The notes below the pieces were generated by a model. The model did no database searches. It was not told the origin of the DNA and saw only the letters and a list, made by a program, of their open reading frames with translations. Shown here piece by piece: positions 58,701 through 64,000 of a DNA stretch of 64,000 bases; within the stretch, counting starts at the first letter, position 1; the number at the start of each line of letters is the position of its first letter. Position numbers and translations under genes: made by a program. Source of the DNA: Eledone cirrhosa (taxonomy: Eukaryota); contig OZ024749.1 in the NCBI GenBank assembly GCA_964016885.1, positions 18,848,001 through 18,912,000 on the forward strand, written 5' to 3'.

Positions 58701-61700
58701 TGACAGTGATGGTAGTGAGGACAGTGATGGTAGTGATGGTAGTGATGGCAGTGATGACAGTGATGGTAGTGATGGCAGTGATGACAGTGATGATAGTGAT
58801 GGCAGTGATGGTAGTGATGACATTGATGACAGTGATGACAGAGATGACAGTGATGACAGTGATGACAGTGATGGTAGTGATGACAGTGATGACAGTGATG
58901 GTAGTGATGACAGTGATGACAGTGATGGCAGTGATGACAGTGATGGTAGTGATGACAGTGATTACAGTGATGACAGTGATGGCAGTGATGACAGTGATGG
59001 TAGTGATGACAGTGATGGTAGTGATGATAGTGATGACAGTGATGGCAGTGATGACAGTGATGACAGTGATGACAGTGATGGTAGTGATGACATTGATGAC
59101 AGTGATGACAGTGATGGTAGTGATGACAGTGATGACAGTGATGGTAGTGATGACAGTGATGGTAGTGATGACAGTGATGACAGTGATGGTAGTGATGACA
59201 GTGATGGCAGTGATGGTAGTGATGACAGTGATGACAGTGATGGTAGTGATGGCAGTGATGGCAGTGATGACAGTGATGGTAGTGATGACAGTGATGGTAG
59301 TGATGACAGTGATGACAGTGATGACAGTGATGGTAGTGATGACAGTGATGGTAGTGATGGCAGTGATGGTAGTGATGACAGTGATGACAGTGATGGTAGT
59401 GATGACAGTGATGGTAGTGATGACAGTGATGGCAGTGATGGTAGTGATGACAGTGATGACAGTGATGACAGTGATGGTAGTGATGGTAGTGATGGCAGTG
59501 ATGACAGTGATGGTAGTAATGACAGTGATGGTAGTGATGACAGTGATGGTAGTGATGGTAGTGATGAGTGATGACAGTGATGGCAGTGATGACAGTGATG
59601 GTAGTGATGACAGTGATGGCAGTGATGGTAGTGATGACAGTGATGGTAGTGATGACAGTGATGACAGTGATGGTAGTGATGGTAGTGATGGTAATGATGA
59701 CAGTGATGGCAGTGATGACAGTGATGGTAGTGATGACAGTGATGGTAGTGATGACAGTGATGGTAGTGATGGTAGTGATGACAGTGATGACAGTGATGAC
59801 AGTGATGGTAGTGATGGCAGTGATGGTAGTGATGACAGTGATGACAGTGATGGCAGTGATGACAGTGATGGTGGTGAAGGTAGTGATGGCAGTGATGACA
59901 GTGATGACAGTGATGGTAGTGATGGTACTGATGACAGTGATGGCAGTGATGACAGTGATGACAGTGATGGTAGTGATGGCAGTGATGACAGTGATGGCAG
60001 TGATGGCAGTGATGACAGTGATGGCAATGATGGTAGAGATGGTAGTGATGACAGTGATGGCAGTGATGACAGTGATGGTAGTGATGGCAGTGATGGTAGT
60101 GATGACAGTGATGGTAGTGATGGCAGTGATGGTAGTGATGACAGTGATGGTAGTGATGACAGTGATGGTAGTGATGACAGTGATGGTAGTGATGGCAGTG
60201 ATGACAGTGATGGTAGTGATGGCAGTGATGGTAGTGATGACAGTGATGGTCGTGATGACAGTGATGGTAGTGATGACAGTGATGACAGTGATGGTAGTGA
60301 TGACAGTGATGACAGTGATGGTAATGATGACAGTGATGACAGTGATGACAGTGATGGCAGTGATGACAGTGATGGTAGTGATGACAGTGATGGTAGTGAT
60401 GACAGTGATGACAGTGATGACAGTGATGACAGTGATGGTAGTGATGACAGTGATGACAGTGATGACAGTGATGGTAGTGATGACAGTGATGGTAGTGATG
60501 ACAGTGATGACAGTGATGGTAATGATGACAGTGATGACAGTGATGACAGTGATGGCAGTGATGACAGTGATGACAGTGATGGATGACAGTGATGGTAGTG
60601 ATGACAGTGATGACAGTGATGGCAGTGATGACAGTGATGGTAGTGATGACAGTGATGACAGTGATGGCAGTGATGACAGTGATGGTAGTGATGACAGTGA
60701 TGACAGTGATGACAGTGATGGTAGTGATGACAGTGATGACAGTGATGGTAGTGATGACAGTGGTGACAGTGATGACAGTGATGGCAGTGATGACAGTGAT
60801 GGTAGTGATGGCAGTGATGACAGTGATGATAGTGATGGCAGTGATGGTAGTGATGACATTGATGACAGTGATGACAGAGATGACAGTGATGACAGTGATG
60901 ACAGTGATGGTAGTGATGACAGTGATGACAGTGATGGTAGTGATGACAGTGATGACAGTGATGGCAGTGATGACAGTGATGGTAGTGATGACAGTGATTA
61001 CAGTGATGACAGTGATGGCAGTGATGACAGTGATGGTAGTGATGACAGTGATGGTAGTGATGATAGTGATGACAGTGATGGCAGTGATGACAGTGATGAC
61101 AGTGATGACAGTGATGGTAGTGATGACATTGATGACAGTGATGACAGTGATGGTAGTGATGGCAGTGATGACAGTGATGACAGTGATGGTAGTGATGACA
61201 GTGATGACAGTGATGAGAGTGATGACAGTGATGGTAGTGATGACAGTGATGGTAGTGATGACAGTGATGACAGTGATGGTAGTGATGACAGTGATGGTAG
61301 TGATGACAGTGATGGTAGTGATGACAGTGATGGCAGTGATGGAAGTGATGGTAGTGATGACAGTGATGACAGTGATGGCAGTGATGACAGTGATGGTAGT
61401 AATGGTAGTGATGACAGTGATGGTAGTGATGACAGTGATGGCAGTGATGGTAGTGATGACAGTGATGACATTGATGGCAGTGATGACAGTGATGGTAGTG
61501 ATGACAGTGATGGTAGTGATGACAGTGATGGCAGTGATGACAGTGATGTTAGTGATGACAGTGATGGTAGTGATGACAGTGATGGCAGTGATGACAGTGA
61601 TGGTAGTGATGACAGTGATGGTAGTGATGACAGTGATGGCAGTGATGGTAGTGATGGTATTGATGACAGTGATGGTAGTGATGACAGTGATGACAGTGAT

Positions 61701-63650
61701 GGTAGTGATGACAGTGATGGCAGTGATGACAGTGATGGTAGTGATGACAGTGATGGTAGTGATGACAGTGATGGCAGTGATGGTAGTGATGGCAGTGATG
61801 ACACTGTTGACAGTGATGGCAGTGATGACAGTGATGGTAGTGATGACAGTGATGGCAGTGATGACAGTGATGGTAGTGATGACAGTGATGGTAGTGATGA
61901 CAGTGATGGCAGTGATGGTAGTGATGGTATTGATGACAGTGATGACAGTGATGACACTGATGACAGTGATGACAGTGATGGCAGTGATGACAGTGATGGC
62001 AGTGATGACAGTGATGGTAGTGATGACAGTGATGGTAGTGATGACAGTGATGGTAGTGATGGCAGTGATGACAGTGATGGTAGTGATGGCAGTGATGGTA
62101 GTGATGACAGTGATGGTCGTGATGACAGTGATGGTAGTGATGACAGTGATGACAGTGATGGTAGTGATGACAGTGATGACAGTGATGGTAATGATGACAG
62201 TGATGACAGTGATGACAGTGATGGCAGTGATGACAGTGATGGTAGTGATGACAGTGATGGTAGTGATGACAGTGATGACAGTGATGACAGTGATGGTAGT
62301 GATGACAGTGATGACAGTGATGGCAGTGATGACAGTGATGGTAGTGATGACAGTGATGACAGTGATGACAGTGATGGTAGTGATGACAGTGATGGTAGTG
62401 ATGAGAGTGATGACAGTGATGGTAATGATGACAGTGATGACAGTGATGACAGTGATGGCAGTGATGACAGTGATGACAGTGATGGATGACAGTGATGGTA
62501 GTGATGACAGTGATGACAGTGATGGCAGTGATGACAGTGATGGTAGTGATGACAGTGATGACAGTGATGGCAGTGATGACAGTGATGGTAGTGATGACAG
62601 TGATGACAGTGATGACAGTGATGGTAGTGATGACAGTGATGGCAGTGATGGTAGTGATGACAGTGGTGACAGTGATGACAGTGATGGTAGTGAGGACAGT
62701 GATGGTAGTGATGGTAGTGATGGCAGTGATGACAGTGATGGTAGTGATGGCAGTGATGACAGTGATGATAGTGATGGCAGTGATGGTAGTGATGACATTG
62801 ATGACAGTGATGACAGTGATGACAGTGATGACAGTGATGACAGTGATGGTAGTGATGACAGTGATGACAGTGATGGTAGTGATGACAGTGATGACAGTGA
62901 TGACAGTGATGGTAGTGATGGCAGTGATGACAGTGATGACAGTGATGGTAGTGATGACAGTGATGACAGTGATGACAGTGATGACAGTGATGGTAGTGAT
63001 GACAGTGATTACAGTGATGACAGTGATGGCAGTGATGACAGTGATGGTAGTGATGACAGTGATGGTAGTGATGATAGTGATGACAGTGATGACAGTGATG
63101 GCAGTGATGACAGTGATGACAGTGATGACAGTGATGACAGTGATGGTAGTGATGACATTGATGACAGTGATGACAGTGATGGTAGTGATGGCAGTGATGA
63201 CAGTGATGACAGTGATGGTAGTGATGACAGTGATGACAGTGATGACAGTGATGAGAGTGATGACAGTGATGGTAGTGATGACAGTGATGGTAGTGATGAC
63301 AGTGATGACAGTGATGGTAGTGATGACAGTGATGGTAGTGATGACAGTGATGGTAGTGATGACAGTGATGGCAGTGATGGAAGTGATGGTAGTGATGACA
63401 GTGATGACAGTGATGGCAGTGATGACAGTGATGGTAGTGATGGTAGTGATGACAGTGATGGCAGTGATGGAAGTGATGGTAGTGATGACAGTGATGACAT
63501 TGATGGCAGTGATGACAGTGATGGTAGTGATGACAGTGATGGTAGTGATGACAGTGATGGCAGTGATGACAGTGATGTTAGTGATGACAGTGATGGTAGT
63601 GATGACAGTGATGGCAGTGATGACAGTGATGGTAGTGATGACAGTGATGG
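37750..63650. repeat. Tandem higher-order duplication, period ~12.95 kb (copies ~37750-50650 and ~50700-63650)
   Basis: Markers seen only twice: GGG unit 44473/57420 (+12947), GACCGT 45058/58005 (+12947), ACTGTT 48811/61803 (+12992). The 5-nt-deletion junction spacings 4871, 4099, 2018, 1939 recur as 4846, 4171, 2072, 1903. Confidence 0.93.
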
Positions 63651-64000
63651 CAGTGATGACAGTGATGGTAGTGATGACAGTGATGGTAGTGATGACAGTG
63701 ATGACAGTGATGGTAGTGATGGTAGTGATGGTAATGATGACAGTGATGGCAGTGATGACAGTGATGGTAGTGATGACAGTGATGGTAGTGATGACAGTGA
63801 TGGTAGTGATGGTAGTGATGACAGTGATGACAGTGATGACAGTGATGGTAGTGATGGCAGTGATGGTAGTGATGACAGTGATGACAGTGATGGCAGTGAT
63901 GACAGTGATGGTGGTGAAGGTAGTGATGGCAGTGATGACAGTGATGACAGTGATGGTAGTGATGGTACTGATGACAGTGATGGCAGTGATGACAGTGATG

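Larger units (their letters stand above)
7718..59570. other. Eighteen 7-bp units AGTGATG (2-nt deletion) near 7725, 8074, 8153, 11895, 12244, 12332, 14940, 15541, 20345, 21630, 21979, 22067, 24594, 25195, 31043, 37723, 47044, 59568
   Basis: GATGAGTGATG is read at each site, and each coincides with a frame switch (…SDE*) in the ORF track. Confidence 0.93.
5508..62490. other. Ten register-breaking junctions AGTGATG-GATGAC (5-nt deletion): GG at 5514, 36565, 41436, 45535, 47553, 49492, 54338 (variant GGATAAC), 58509, 60581, 62484
   Basis: Read directly. Each lies in the same marker context (GGTAAT unit upstream; AGTGGTGAC then GAT and ATT units downstream), consistent with one event amplified by duplication. 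Confidence 0.93.
1..64000. repeat. Giant 9-bp tandem array (satellite/minisatellite), consensus AGTGATG(AC|GT|GC), about 7,100 units, running off both window ends
   Basis: Read directly. Essentially every unit is AGTGATGAC, AGTGATGGT or AGTGATGGC, with sparse point variants. Phase check: units start at 0 mod 9 at the left end and at 63994 (4 mod 9) at the right end, matching 18 x (-2) + 10 x (-5) = -86 = 4 mod 9. The + strand is purine/G-rich and C-poor, with CpG only in rare variants. Confidence 0.99.

Noticed and set aside
1-64000. The dozens of 80-3800 aa ORFs in the track as real CDSs
   Set aside because: They overlap in five frames, are pure tripeptide repeats and switch composition at indels. 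The + strand codons cannot mutate to a stop in one step, so ORF length carries no evidence of selection.
1-64000. Staphylococcal Sdr/Clf SD-repeat adhesin
   Set aside because: Those use an 18-bp GAYTCNGAYTCNGAYAGY repeat encoding strict SD dipeptides, flanked by Ig-like domains and an LPXTG anchor. None of this is present.
1-64000. CRISPR array or other repeat-spacer system
   Set aside because: There are no unique spacers, only a 2-nt variable position, and no cas or other genes.
1-64000. Telomerase-made telomeric repeat or G-quadruplex array
   Set aside because: One strand is G-rich but common units have at most GG. Point variants propagated in kb-scale duplications indicate recombinational amplification, not templated addition. 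Chromosomal position is unknown.
1-64000. RAG/Transib RSS heptamer-like GACAGTG
   Set aside because: It lacks the essential CAC start of CACAGTG, and no ACAAAAACC nonamer occurs.
1-64000. Synthetic ternary-coded DNA or basecaller artefact
   Set aside because: Shared rare substitutions and indels in nested, slightly diverged duplications are what natural satellite evolution produces. Exact copy number still needs read-level validation.

Overview
The whole 64 kb window is one uninterrupted tandem array (about 7,100 units) of a 9-bp monomer, AGTGATG followed by AC, GT or GC. It contains no unique sequence, RNA gene, mobile element, CRISPR array or credible gene. The huge ORFs in the track are a by-product of the monomer, which leaves five of six frames open (SD[D/G], VM[T/V/A], HH[C/Y], IT[V/T/A], SL[S/P]). 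Rare variant units act as barcodes and reveal nested higher-order duplications of about 4.17 kb, 9.7 kb, 2.34 kb and 12.95 kb, plus a dispersed copy about 28.6-31 kb away. These are built from two spatially segregated subfamilies of one ancestral ~1.4-2 kb module. The 9-bp register is broken 28 times, always by -2 or -5 nt, so every break shifts codon phase the same way. The best interpretation is a non-coding, probably eukaryotic satellite or giant minisatellite evolving by unit slippage plus kb-scale duplication. A degenerate Ser/Asp/Gly-rich coding repeat cannot be fully excluded without flanks or expression data. I found no supportable novel gene system, and the taxon cannot be determined.
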